From Cycas panzhihuaensis (lineage: Eukaryota; Plantae; Cycadophyta), in contig CM041465.1 of NCBI GenBank assembly GCA_023213395.1, positions 229,779,741-229,843,740 of the forward strand: a DNA stretch of 64,000 nucleotides, read 5' to 3'. The position numbers were made by a program, and so were the translations under genes. Below the pieces are notes generated by a model. It did no database searches. It was not told where the DNA came from and saw only the letters and a list, made by a program, of their open reading frames with translations. Positions within the stretch are counted from its first letter, which is position 1; each line of letters begins with the position of its first letter. Shown one piece after another: positions 14,566-26,860 of this stretch.

Positions 14566-15550
14566 TATTTTTTTTATTTTATTTTTTTACTTTACTATTG
14601 TATAGGGTATGCAACATCTTTGCATTACAAGCCTACTGCTTGTATTCTCAACTTCAAACCCTCATGGATTTTCTTACAAATTGTCATCATTTTGGCAGTG
14701 AATCCCACAATGGAACACTTGCAACTACCTTTGGAATCTCCTACACATTGCAAATTGCTTACATGCACATGTTGTCCCACAGGCTTGAACACATCCTTAA
14801 GAACAAACCAACCCTCATATATGGGTTCTCTTTTTACAATTCAGACTCTCTCTAATCAAGACCTATCTTGCTTAGCCATTGCCTAGGACCCCTACCTCTC
14901 AAGCTCTCAAAACTAAATTTCTGTTTGATGCCCTCCAGATCCTTCATTGATCTGTTGTGGGCTATCCTTGCCACCTTCCCAGCATTACACCTCCTCACAT
15001 GTGCCACACTTGTCTTAGCTTTGACTTGATCTTAGCACCGATGTCCCAACATACAACTTATAAGTTCATTGCCAATTGTTGGTTCTATTTCAAATCTATC
15101 CTCCTTATCAACAAGACTACACAAATACAAATCGTCTTTGGATAGCGAAGATGGTCACCATGGGCATATGCTCTTATCGCATATCGTCTACCTCTTCTTT
15201 CTTCTTCTCACATAGCAACAAAATGATGGTTACCTGCTACTTTCTTCACGTGGGCTTCGTTCAACCAAAACATAGCCAGTATAGAATGATCAATCCTGCA
15301 TAAAAGTCTCATTCTCATGCTAGCAACTATCAAACTTATAGACAAACAACTACAATCCTACATGGTATACAGAGGCTAGCCTTATGCATAAAAAACTATC
15401 CACTAAATGAAACAATCTCACATCAATTTCGAGAATCCCATATTCAATCTATATGCAAGTCCAAATTTGTCATCATGCCTCAATTTCCCTAGTCACAATA
15501 GGCATAATACTGGTTGCAACAATCTTTAACGAGTTCCCCCTGGCTCTTGA
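14566..15550 (-). pseudogene. Internally deleted LINE remnant (ORF2 endonuclease start, RNase H end, poly-A); diverged second copy at ~10700-11370
   Basis: Minus strand shows IVT(W)NVRG-like codons near 15480-15500, NLQCVGDSK (RNase H EGDS-like motif) near 14740-14760, and a T-rich tail at 14566-14595; heavily degraded. Confidence 0.4.
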
Positions 15551-18500
15551 AACAACTGGCTCCAAACTTCAACATGTTTCGCTTCAAGACCACTCCAAGA
15601 TCGATCTGCAACCTAGAAGCACCTAGGCTTTGCATGCACTTTGAGCAACCTTCACTCTAATAATCTACGGAATTTACCCTACAACTCTAATATCATGTTA
15701 AAATTTTGAAATTTATATCATCAGGACACAATATCAAACACTTGATTCCAAATACAAACACATTAATATGTAAACATTTAACATTAGGTCTAATATATCA
15801 CATGATTGACAATAGGGCATTCAATCACTAGTAATGAACAATGAAATATGAATCAAGCATTCAATATTAAGACACATGATTTATAGTGGTAAAACCTCAA
15901 GATGAGAAAATATCCACTTTAAACAAATGAAATCTCATTAATAAAAGATAACGTACAATTAAGTACATGATATGACAATGCTAGTTTCCATTGCAAAGGA
16001 GCTAGGTGTCCTCATAACTATCCACGAATAAGCTATACCCTTTTATAGAAATAGGTCACCTCATTAAGGATCAATGATGTTGCACCTAACATCTACTAAC
16101 AAGATCATGTGTGAGAACCTAAAAGTTTCCTAATGACTTTACAATGACCTAGATAAGCACTTACATAGCATTTCATGATGATCACATATTCACAAATTTG
16201 AGAGAATATGTCTAATGACCACCACAATGTGACCACTAAACAACATTGCATGACTAAAGCATGAGATCTAAATACATATGACCATAATAATCATGGATTG
16301 ACCATAGACTAAACATTATTCTCTAACAAATAAAATTAATTCAAGTTGCTTTTAATTTTTTGCTTCAAGATCACACCAAGATCAATCTACAATAAACCAA
16401 CATCTCTTGGTTCTATATGCACATCAAGCAACCATTGCTATGAATTCACATCAAGTAACAATCGTAGCTCTGAATTCATATACAACAACCATAACTTTGA
16501 TAACATGTTAGAAATATTGAAGTCTTGTAGTGCAAATCAATAAAAGGGACCACCATACCATGTTGGAAATTTGTACATTAATATGGAAGCATTCAACAAC
16601 AACTCTGATATATCACATGATCATAAATAGAGCAAATAATCATCGATAATGAACAATAAAATATGAATCAAGAAATCAATATTGAAACACAAGATTTACA
16701 GTGGTAAAGCCTTAGGATGAGGAAACATCCACTTTGAATATGAGATCTCATTAATATAAAATGATATATAATAAAGCTTATGACGAGAGCATATGAGTTT
16801 TCACTAGGAAGAACTAGGTGTCTACATAACTATCCATGAATATGCTTTACCCTTTTATAAAAATAGGTCACTTCTTTGTGGACCAATGATGTAACACCGA
16901 ACATCCACCAATAAGATAGCAACTAAGTTTGATCAATCACATTTGAGAACCTATAAACCTTTAAATGAGGATTTACATAACATTTCATGATGCTCACATA
17001 TTCACAAACTTGGGAGATTAAATTTAAAGATTCCACCACAAAGTGACCACAACACAACATTACATTCTCAACAATAATTACATGTGGCACAAATTCCTCA
17101 TCAGTATTCTGCCTTAAAAATCAACTAAAACTCCTTACTAAACATCCATAATGAAATGCTTTTTCATTCACTATGAATTTCACTTCCATGTCATAGTTCA
17201 AAACTTGTAGAAAGTATATGGCATTTATCACAATAGTAATTGTAATATTGTTCCCCTTAGAAGGTGGGCATATCATAAATGAAGTTTGTCACAAATGTAC
17301 AATTCAATCATTTACTTTCCCATAATCAAACTATTTAAAAGAAATTTTATTCACTCCCAACATCAATACAGGTTGAGAAATCAGGCCATCAAGCCATTGT
17401 TCCCCCAAAAAAATATAGAAAACATCAATGGAAAATGATTCCACAATTAGCGTTGAGGATTACAAAGCCGTACATATACACGAGGTTTTCCATCCACACT
17501 CATTAAACGAGCTTGCTAAAGGGGACATTAGACATTTCAATAATTTATCTGAGATTATCTCTGCTTGTTGAGACTTGGAAGAAAAAAAGATGATGAAAAG
17601 TTATGCTTGCAAAAAGTTTTTTTTCCCAAAAGTTGTGATTAACTAACCAGAATTGTACTTCTCCTTTGAACTGTCCAGAATGAAGCACAACCTACATCAG
17701 AAATTTTATACATGAATTTCAACAAAAACTTACATATATGTATATTTTGCCTCTATGAAAATTTTGCAAATTTCAATAACTAATACACTCCAAGAACGAA
17801 CTTCTTTTAGCATCCACAAGAAATTTCTTCTTAAAACGGGATAGAACTACTACATTTGCACAACACAAATTTTCAATAAAAATCTATCTAGAAAGATCAT
17901 TTATGCACATCATATATACTATCGTCCTACAAACAATTTGTAATTTTAATTCCTTGTTAGATTGTGCAATCTACATGGACCACTAAGACTTCAATCGACT
18001 AAGTCACTTGCATAATACAATGCTTTGCCTTTCGTTACAATTGAAATTCCCTGATGTGTCAAAGAATCCCTTACATGACTTTGATGTAATGGTAAAACCT
18101 TTTCAAAAAGCTCAAATTGAAAATTTACATGAAAGAATGAATGATTGAGCATTTTGATAGCATAGACTTTGAAGTAGCATTTTTTATTAATGTATATTGT
18201 GGTTATCAAAAGAATGATCTTTTCAAATTTGACTATTCAATAAAATAGTATGATATTAAGACCCATGAGTTCATCATTCTCATATCTATGCTATCTTGTG
18301 CTACTAAGTGTGCTATTTGATAAATGAATAGAATAAGAAACCATACATGGAGTAGATGAACCATAGACTAGCCATAATAGCCTAAGAATGTGACAACATT
18401 GATCTCGATAATGGCCTTCTAAACAAAGAAGCTTTTCCTACTGCTTTAACAAAGTTTATAGGTAACACAATCCATAAAAATATTCTCATTCATTGAATTT

Positions 18501-19987
18501 ACAATACAAGTTTCTATAGGAGGGCAAAAGAGAACAAGCCAAGCTCAATATTTTCCAAGAACAGAGCCCAATTATAAGCAAAACAACTTGGTTATTGATA
18601 GAAACAATTTGGTTATAAGTGAATATAGTTCAGTACTGACAAACAATAGTCTACTTTAGGCATAGAATGGTCTAAGCTACATGTGGGACAATTTGGATTA
18701 CATGTAGAACAATCTAATTTATGGTAGAAGACACTATGGTTTTCACATTAATGGAGTACCACTTGCATTTTGAGCTAGGTCTGCCAATATTTAAAGATTA
18801 TGTTTATGAAATTTCAAGTTAGTGTTGTTGATATATGTCAAGAGTTCAATGATGATTAATGAATTTTTAATTGGCAAATGAGTTCTGATAATCAATTGCA
18901 CCATTTGGGTTAAAAAGTGCAACCTATGGCCATTATATTTGTTTTTTGTAGTATGTAGAACAAAGAGTGAGAGCAAAGTAAAGTATTCTAATGATCAAAT
19001 GTGAGTTAAATGAAGTCTTCTAGTGTTCAACTCAAAGTTGTTTGTATCATCTCTTGTTCATAATGTAGTGTTGTGAGAGAACCTTCAATAATGAGCACCT
19101 ATTGATTGATGATTGATACCTTTCCCAAATCAATATCTCATGAGTTATTAATGGATGATATTATACTCAAGTGGAGTATAATGAGTGTGAGGAATGCATG
19201 TATGAATTGGGTAAATCAAGTACATATCTTTGCATTATGAACCAAATAGATCCTCACTATAAAATTAGTTCCATTGATTAAAGAGCTCATTATGTCAATC
19301 AAGTAATTAATGAAGACTTGAGGCAACAAAGACTTGGCAAACCCAATCGGTAGACCAAAACACTATAGTGAAGATAAATTTGAAAAAATCAAAGGGGGAT
19401 ATTTTGGAAAATTTGATGATTTAAAAACACAAACACCTTGATTATGCACATAATGGGATCTAATTAAGACAAATAGAACCAAGCATCTATAGATGCTACC
19501 TAAGGAGTAGAGTAACCAACCACCAAAATCTTAAAAAGTGCATAAAGCCTAATAGGGATGCTTTCAAGATAGAATCAGATTTCAATACTAAACTCACAAA
19601 GGGTAATCAGGCAAAATGCATTGGCCTAGGGCATAATGTTATGGGAACAAAAGTAAATTTAGTTGACTATCCTAGATAGTATATAATCAATAATGATCTT
19701 AGAGAGAGTGTTGTTTGTCGAATTATGAGCAACACAAAGTGTACAAAGTATGAACGTCAAGAAGTGTGGAAACAATACCCATATATGTTCATAAATATCC
19801 ACTATTTGCCAACTATTGTAGCTCAAACATCACTATGAACAGTAGAAACATGAAAGAAACACAAAATATCTTTGGTCAAAATAATTGATATAGATTTGGA
19901 CCAAAAAGCAAAAATTACTCATGAGCTAAGAATGGAAATAGCAAACAATAGTAATAATGGACACTAACATTAATCTAATATTCATTA

Positions 19988-20344
19988 TGACTAACAATGC
20001 TTTCTCCCATATGGCATATGATGGAATAGGTGAAATCTTCAATGCTCTGTCCTTATTTGAGAAAATGATTCAGCTAAAGAAAAATACATATTATGAAGAT
20101 ATTAACAGATCCTTCTCTACATTATGGGGTGCATTGTTGGCATGATACAAATGTGTTCGTGCCTCTGACTAACAATGCTTTCTCTCATACGGCATATGAT
20201 GGAATAGGTGAACCCTTCGATGCCCTGTCCTTACTCGAAAAAATGATTTAGTTAAAGAAAAATGCATATTATGAGGATATTAACAAATCCTTCTCTACAT
20301 TATGGGGTGCATTGTTGGCATGATACAAATGCATTTGTGCCTCT
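19988..20344. repeat. Tandem duplication, two ~178-bp units
   Basis: TGACTAACAATGCTTTCTC...GGCATGATACAAATG...GTGCCTC occurs twice at roughly 90% identity. Confidence 0.92.
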
Positions 20345-21170
20345 AACCCATCATCATAAGAACTAGAAGAAATCTTCCTACCTAAGCTTCAAGTATTAGA
20401 CAATCTACAACGCCTAGAATAAAGGATAATGATAACACAATAAATATAGTAGTATCTAAACATACCAGTATTTAAGCTATGACAGAGACAGGAAGAAGAT
20501 GATCCCTTGATGATGGGTTATTTCCTATTACAATTGATATTGAAAACTGAAAATAAAATTTATCAACCTATCAAAAATTACAATGAAGTGCAAAAAATGG
20601 CAGTAAATATTAAGTTGTTAATGCAAAATGTTAAACATTGTCAAGTACAAGAAGGAGTGCATATAGAAATAAGTGTGAGATGCTATTGAAAATTCAAGGT
20701 AATATTTATCCACCTCTTATCACAAGTTACAACTAAGCATGAAAAGTGGCATTAAATTTCAAGTTGTTAATGCAAAACAATAAGCAGAGGCATGTACAAG
20801 ATGCAATCTATGTAGAATTAAATAGATGAACTTAAAGTAGAGCTAGTTGGTTCCCAAACCCAATACATAGAATTGAGTTCAAATTTGGAAGTGTTTTCTG
20901 TCAAATTCAACCCCATGAACCCTATGAATTAGGTTTGGCCAAGGCAAATCTTATGAAAGCTTGAGTCTAACCTTGGTGAATCCCAAGCAAATCAGGGTTG
21001 ATCAATTGAATCCAAATTGTGGGACTACAGTTTTTTCCTAAGAATTTTTTCGCTATGCGTAGCTCTGCTAGGGTTTGAGGCTGTGATGACATCACCGTGG
21101 ACTGTAGGAGCTTTCAAGGAGCTGTGGAGAGCCACCAGGAAGGTGTGAGGGTGCAGGGCATCCTCCAAAG

Positions 21171-22790
21171 ATGGGAGGAACAAAAACCTTCCACATTTGA
21201 AGGGTCACGGGAAGCTTTTAACCGTGAATAGGTTGGGTCAGATGGAGTAGAGATGCACAAGACGAAAGCGTAGATTCGTATGTATGAGGACCCCAGTTTT
21301 TCCAATGGCGAGGAGGGATTGAGTCTCAACCTGGGAGGAACCATCAGCAATTGGAGGAGCCCCATACAGAGCCAAAGGGGGCAGATTTATGCAAGTCGAG
21401 CTCTCAAACCAGAGGCTGGTAATGAACCAGAACCAGTGTAGCGGGTGAGAGATCTATTAATGTTTTTAAGTTGTGCATGGAGATGTTCTGTTGTTGTGTG
21501 TGATATTTGATAACATAATAATGAAGAAACTAGAATCCATAACCAGAACCAAACCTCTTCGAGAAGGACTTATCTGCAAGCTCTTAGAAATGAGGATTCT
21601 GATAACTGTGACATAACCCCTATCAAGTAAGATCAAACCATTACAATTACCTATCCCTAAGAAGATTTTGGAGAGAACTGAAAAACATTGGGAGAACAGC
21701 CTGGTGGATAGGTTCTCAAGACCTAGGCCTAGGCTTGATATGTTAAGAACCTGGATTAGATCTAGGTGGAAGACTAGGAACTGAGTTGAGGTAATAGCCC
21801 TCCCAAGGAGTTGTATCTTGTTCAAATTCGCTAACCAAGAGGACATGGTTAGTATTCTTCTAAAGTCCCCCTGGGTGATTGGAAGAAAGGCTTTATTTCT
21901 AGAAAAGTGGCACCCAGACTTTGATCTATCGGTGCCAATGATAAAGCAAGCACTAATCTGGGTGCAAATGCTAGGATTGCCCCTACAGGTTTGGGATCTG
22001 GAGGTCATAAAAGGGGTAGCGAAGGCTATTGGACCTATTTTGGCCATTGATTCAACTACTAAGAATAGAAGTAGGATGATCAATGCCAGATTTTGTGTTT
22101 TGGCTAGGCTTGTCCAACCCCTTCTGGACTGTGTAAGGATCGCATATGATGGATAGACCAAGGAGCAACCCTTGATCTACGAAGTAGAGAATATCAGGTG
22201 TCCAACCTGCAAAAGATTAGGCCACTTACCTCAGAACTACCCAAGGGAAAGGAGGGATGATACGGGGACACAGGAGGGAGAAGAACCTCAAACTATTAAA
22301 ATAAAAGAGGTTGAAATAGCTCAGAACCAAGAAAGGCAAGAAGTTCCCGTAGAGGAATCTGTGACAGGAAGGAATGACCTGAACTTGGAAGATGATGACA
22401 CACTCTTCGAGGAGGGGGAAGAGATCCAGAAGGAAGAGAGGCGGATGGAAGGGGTTGACCCACCCCGAGAGGCTGAGGAAAGCTTAGAGGAGAGGTTGAG
22501 ACCCCTAGCACAGGAGGCTTCAAGGGGCGTTGAGTTGATCTGGAAGGCTAAAGGGAAGGATATCTAGGAAGATCAAAGCAGGACCGGTCAACGTAGAGGC
22601 TTGGACATGGGAACTGATAACAGAGTGGGTAGACCCACTCTCAGGATGATAAGGGGAAGAGAGGCAGCCTCACAAATAGATCAAGGGAGCTAGAGAACCC
22701 TTAAAGAGGGAGTTTATGATGGCCCAAAACTGAGAACCAGGGATAAGGGCAGAAAGCCCCAGAAGGAAAGAGGAAGGGAAAGCTAGAGGA
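21171..22790 (+). pseudogene. LINE ORF1 (DUF4283-type region plus zinc knuckle)
   Basis: SPWVIGRKALFLEKWHP, IWVQMLGLPLQVW, ARFCV and CPTCKRLGH motifs; start approximate. Confidence 0.85.
21436..21540. mobile_element. 105-bp insertion with 11-bp TSD inside LINE ORF1
   Basis: AACCAGAACCA at 21425-21435 and 21541-21551; removing the insert restores LVMNQNQTSSRRTYLQAL. Confidence 0.75.
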
Positions 22791-25700
22791 CTACGAGGAA
22801 GAGATGAAGATCATCTCTCGGACCATTAGGGGGATAAATGCCCCCTCTAAGCAAAGAGTTGTGAAGGATCTTTGCATGAAAATGAAGCCAGATATATTAT
22901 TCCTACAGGAAACTAAATTGACTAAGGAAAACAGAGCAAGAATTAAAGATAAGATTTGGAGAAGAGCAGATATGTTAATGATAGATGGTCGGCCTAGGTT
23001 AGGAGGCCTAGCAATGGTATGGAATCCTAAGGAGTGGCAAGGAGAGCTATTCAGGATGGATGAGCAGTACTTGTCTATCTGGGTCACTTGTAGGAGATCA
23101 AATTCCAGGTGGTTGGCTACAAACGTCTACGCTCCCACCCTAACAAAAGGCAAGAAGACTCTTTGGGATAAGATCCTAGAGGAGCACAAAGATTGGGATG
23201 GGCCCTGGATGGTTGTAGGAGATTTTAGCACTTCCCTATCTCCTGGTGAGAAGAAGGGCAGCCAAGAAGGGTGGACTAACAATATGACTCACCTAGGCTC
23301 TTTCATGTAGAGAGGGGGGTTAATGGATGTCCCCCTCAAAGGTGCCAAATACACCTAGTCGAATAGGAGAATTGGGAATCATCATGTCCAGGTGAGATTA
23401 GATAGATTGCTAATCAATTATGCCTGGACCAGCTACCATAAGGACTTCAGATTGGAAGACCTGCCAAGGATGATGTCAAACCATTCTCCTCTATTGTTTG
23501 AATTTTCTAACACCAAAAACCATGTGGGGGCGCCATTTAGATTTGAACTAATGTGGACAAGACACCCGGATCTGAGGGAGTTAATTGAAGAATGGTGGAA
23601 AATCCCAATAAGGGGTTGCGCCATGTATAGATTTTCAAAGAAGTTAGACTTCGTCAAAAGAAGAGTGAAACTGTGGAATAAAGAAGTCTATGGAGACATC
23701 TTTGAAGTTAAGAACCATCTACACAAGGAGATAAAAGCAGTTGAGGCTAAGAATCAAGAGGAAGGCAGGTCTCAGGTGTTGGACCAGGCAGAGAGAGATC
23801 TAATAAAAAATTTGGAAGAGGTTCTATTAAAGGAGGAGATACATTGGAAGCAAAAATCCAGAGCCCTCTGGCTAGTTGAAGGTGACAGAAACACAAAATT
23901 TCCACATGATGGCTATGAAGTATAAAGCCAGTAATAGGATTAGCAAGTTGTATAATAGAGAAGGACAGGAAGTCAGCGAAGGAGAGGAGTTGAAAAACGT
24001 AGCAATAGACTACTTTAAGGAGTTGTTTAATGAGCCAGGATGCTAGGATGAAGAGACTAGAAAGGAGTTATGAATGTCATGAGGAGCATAATAGATTGCT
24101 TTTGGCCCCTTTTACTATAGAGGAAGTCAAGAAAGCGGTATTTGGTATGAAAAGGGAGAAAGCGCCTAGCTTGAATGGATTTCCTCTAGGTCTTTTTTAG
24201 GAATATTGGGATATAATTAAGGAGGATTTGATGAAGGTTATGCAGGAGTTTCATGAGAGGCGGAAGATGCTGGGAGAATGGCAAGCCACATTCCTAGTGC
24301 TTATCCCGAAGACGGAGGGAGCAATGAGAATGGAGGACTTCAGGCCAATCAGCTTATGTAATTTGAAGTACAAAATTGTAACCAAAGTCTTGGCTAACAT
24401 GCTTAAGTTGATCCTCCCTAGGATTATATCTCCCAATCAAGACGGTTTTGTGAAGGGCAGGCAAATCTTTGATGGCATTGTTGTCATTCATGAAACAATC
24501 CATTCATCCCCTCGAAGGAAAGAGTCGAGTATGACAATCAAGATTGACCTATCTAAGGCTTATGATAGGGTCTCTTGGGGCTATTTGATGGAATGCTTGA
24601 AGCCTTTTGGCTTTAAAGGAGAATGGAGGAATTGGATAGGTTCATGTATCTCAAATCCTCAATATCCAGTTCTAGTCAACGAAATATCAACCAGTTTTTT
24701 TTTTTAGAGCCAGAGGGTTGAGACAAGGAGACCCTATTTCCCCTTATCTGTTTATAATTCTGGCTGAGGCACTGGGTAGAGCAACGAAGAAGGCCAGGAG
24801 ACATCACAGGAATTAGGCCTACTTCTAGCATAGAGAACATTGCTCACCATCAATTTGTTGATGATAACAAATTTTTGTTGGAATAATGTACATTCCCATT
24901 TACATGTCCATTTAAGTTCATTTCATGTCATTAGAATAATTGCTCACATAGAATATTCTAGATGAGAATATTCTAGTGAGAGAAGATTCTTAGTCAAAGT
25001 TCTAGAAGTCAAAGATGCTCAACTATTAATTAGTTAGTTTGAGCACACCAAAAATCATGGAGTTTGTTGAACCAACTCCTATGTTTAGACATAGTGTAAA
25101 ACTATAAATATGTATTTGTATCTTACATATTTTCTGAATGAGATTTGGAGAGTTGTGAGTCATTGTCGTATTGTCATCTCTTGTGCACTTTCTCACATGT
25201 GCTTTATGACATGCTTCCAACTCATATCCTCTCATTCCAACATGGTATCAGAGCTTAGGTTCTTGACACTTGTGTTCTACCATGTGTGTCTTGATTTCTG
25301 CCATGTTTGTACTAGGTTCTATCTTAAGAAGAATCTGCCCTCCTCTTCTTACCATTATGAAATTTCTGAATTTACATCTTAAAGTCTTTTATGCTTTGTA
25401 CAGAAAGTTGTTCAGCTCTGGTTTGTTGAGTGATACTCTATGCTTGTGAGGTTCTGTCCTAAAGAGCCTGCTCTCTTCCTAAATCTGTATCTATCTGGAT
25501 TACAAGCTACTCACTACCACTTGTGTTTAGCTGTGAAGAAAATACTTGAAAATATGTCTATGCGTAGAGTTGTTCGTAGGGTAAGATAGCCACCTCGGGC
25601 ATACTCTCTATTTCACTGTTTATTTGAGTGATGCCCCACTGTGATCTGCGTTCTACGCCGCCCTTTGGAAGCTTCCGCCTTGGAAGAAGCCGCCTCGCCC

Positions 25701-26119
25701 GCCGCCTCCGCCCATTGCGCTTTCTAGAAGCCGCCGCCCACTGTGAAGGAGCCGCCGCCGGCAGGAAGCTTCCAACGCCGCCTCCGTCCAGCCGCTGCCG
25801 CCGCACCTCGCGGAGCCGCTGTCATGAACTCGCCACCACGCCGCCGTCAAGGAGCTGCCGTCCGGTTCGAGCCGCCGCCACCTCATCTCGGGAGCGCCGC
25901 CAAGCCGACGCCGCCGCCCTTTTGGGAGACGCACAGCCGCCAGATCGGTACGGGACGAGCTCGCATAGCCGCCGCTCGGAAAAAGAAGCCACGCCGCCGC
26001 CCACCGCACATATTCTTCTTTAAAGTGAAAGTTTTTTTTTCTTAATAAATTCTTATTAAGAAATTTAGTGAGATATTTCACTTTTTGACATTAATTTATG
26101 TTTTGAAGAATATTTTTGG

Positions 26120-26860
26120 GCATAATATTTAAGAGGATTGTTAAGGACTTTATCCTCTTTAAATATATTTCAAAAGAGAGTACTTTTAGAGGAATTTAAG
26201 TTATTTTATCCTCTTTCTAAAGTATCTCTCAATATCATAAAAAGGGCACTTCAAGAGGACCTTTTTGATATGTATTTTATCTCTTTAAGAGATATTTTTG
26301 GCGGCATACAAGGATACTTAAGAGGATTTGTTTTTATCCTTCTTTCAAGTATCTATTGGTGATATAAAATAGTACCTTAAGAGGATTTTTAAATACATTT
26401 AATCCTCTTTTTTAAGGTACATATTGGTGGCTCAAAAGGAGTATTTGTGGCAAGCATATTAAGAGGATCTTAATTTAATTCATCCTCTTTAAAAAGGCTG
26501 TTATTGGTGGCATACAGATGCTTTAAGAGGATTATAAAGGCGGTTTATCCTCTTGTTTTTTAAAGCATCTTTTTGTGACAAGATAGTGCACCTTTGGCGA
26601 CATGTTCAAGGGCATAATACCTTAAGGAGTTTGTCTTCTTTTAAAGGTAATTTTTGGCTTCAATGTAAGGAGTACTTCAACAAGTATTTTCTCTTATACT
26701 TTAATCCTCTTTAGAGCATATACTTTGACTCTATTTAATGAGGATTCTTCAATGTACTTGGAGAGATTTTTTAAGAGGATTCTTCATTGTACTTAGTCCT
26801 CCTTTGAGAACATTTTAAGAGGACTTTCTATTGTACTTCATCCTCTTTTGTTGATGTATT
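26120..26860 (+). repeat. Array of ~9-10 inverted-repeat (stem-loop) units with core AAGAGGAT...ATCCTCTT
   Basis: Core 5' arms at about 26131, 26188, 26253, 26320, 26379, 26461, 26525, 26773, 26817, each followed 8-20 nt later by the complement. Confidence 0.85.

Larger units (their letters stand above)
10687..17073 (-). mobile_element. Tandem non-autonomous LTR complex with three related LTRs (11371-11909, 15696-16328, 16561-17073)
   Basis: The three segments align (e.g. ATATCACATGA...TTTATAGTGGTAAA...CATATTCACAAACTTG). PPT-like CACCCCTT follows 11909; degenerate PBS-like sequences precede 15696 and 16561. No gag/pol recognised; no TSD found. Confidence 0.7.

Noticed and set aside
19380-19760. 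Possible LINE ORF1 relic
   Set aside because: Similarity too degraded to support by eye
21466-22161. 231-aa minus-strand ORF
   Set aside because: Antisense shadow of LINE ORF1; it also runs into the 105-bp insertion
25243-25254. tRNA genes
   Set aside because: All tRNA matches are 11-13-nt primer binding sites, not cloverleaf genes
25558-26081. Overlapping Arg/Ala/Pro-rich ORFs on both strands
   Set aside because: Stop-poor by-product of the GCC-rich island; no domain signature
26120-26860. CRISPR array or rho-independent terminators
   Set aside because: The variable parts are short hairpin loops within degenerate units, in a plant retroelement leader
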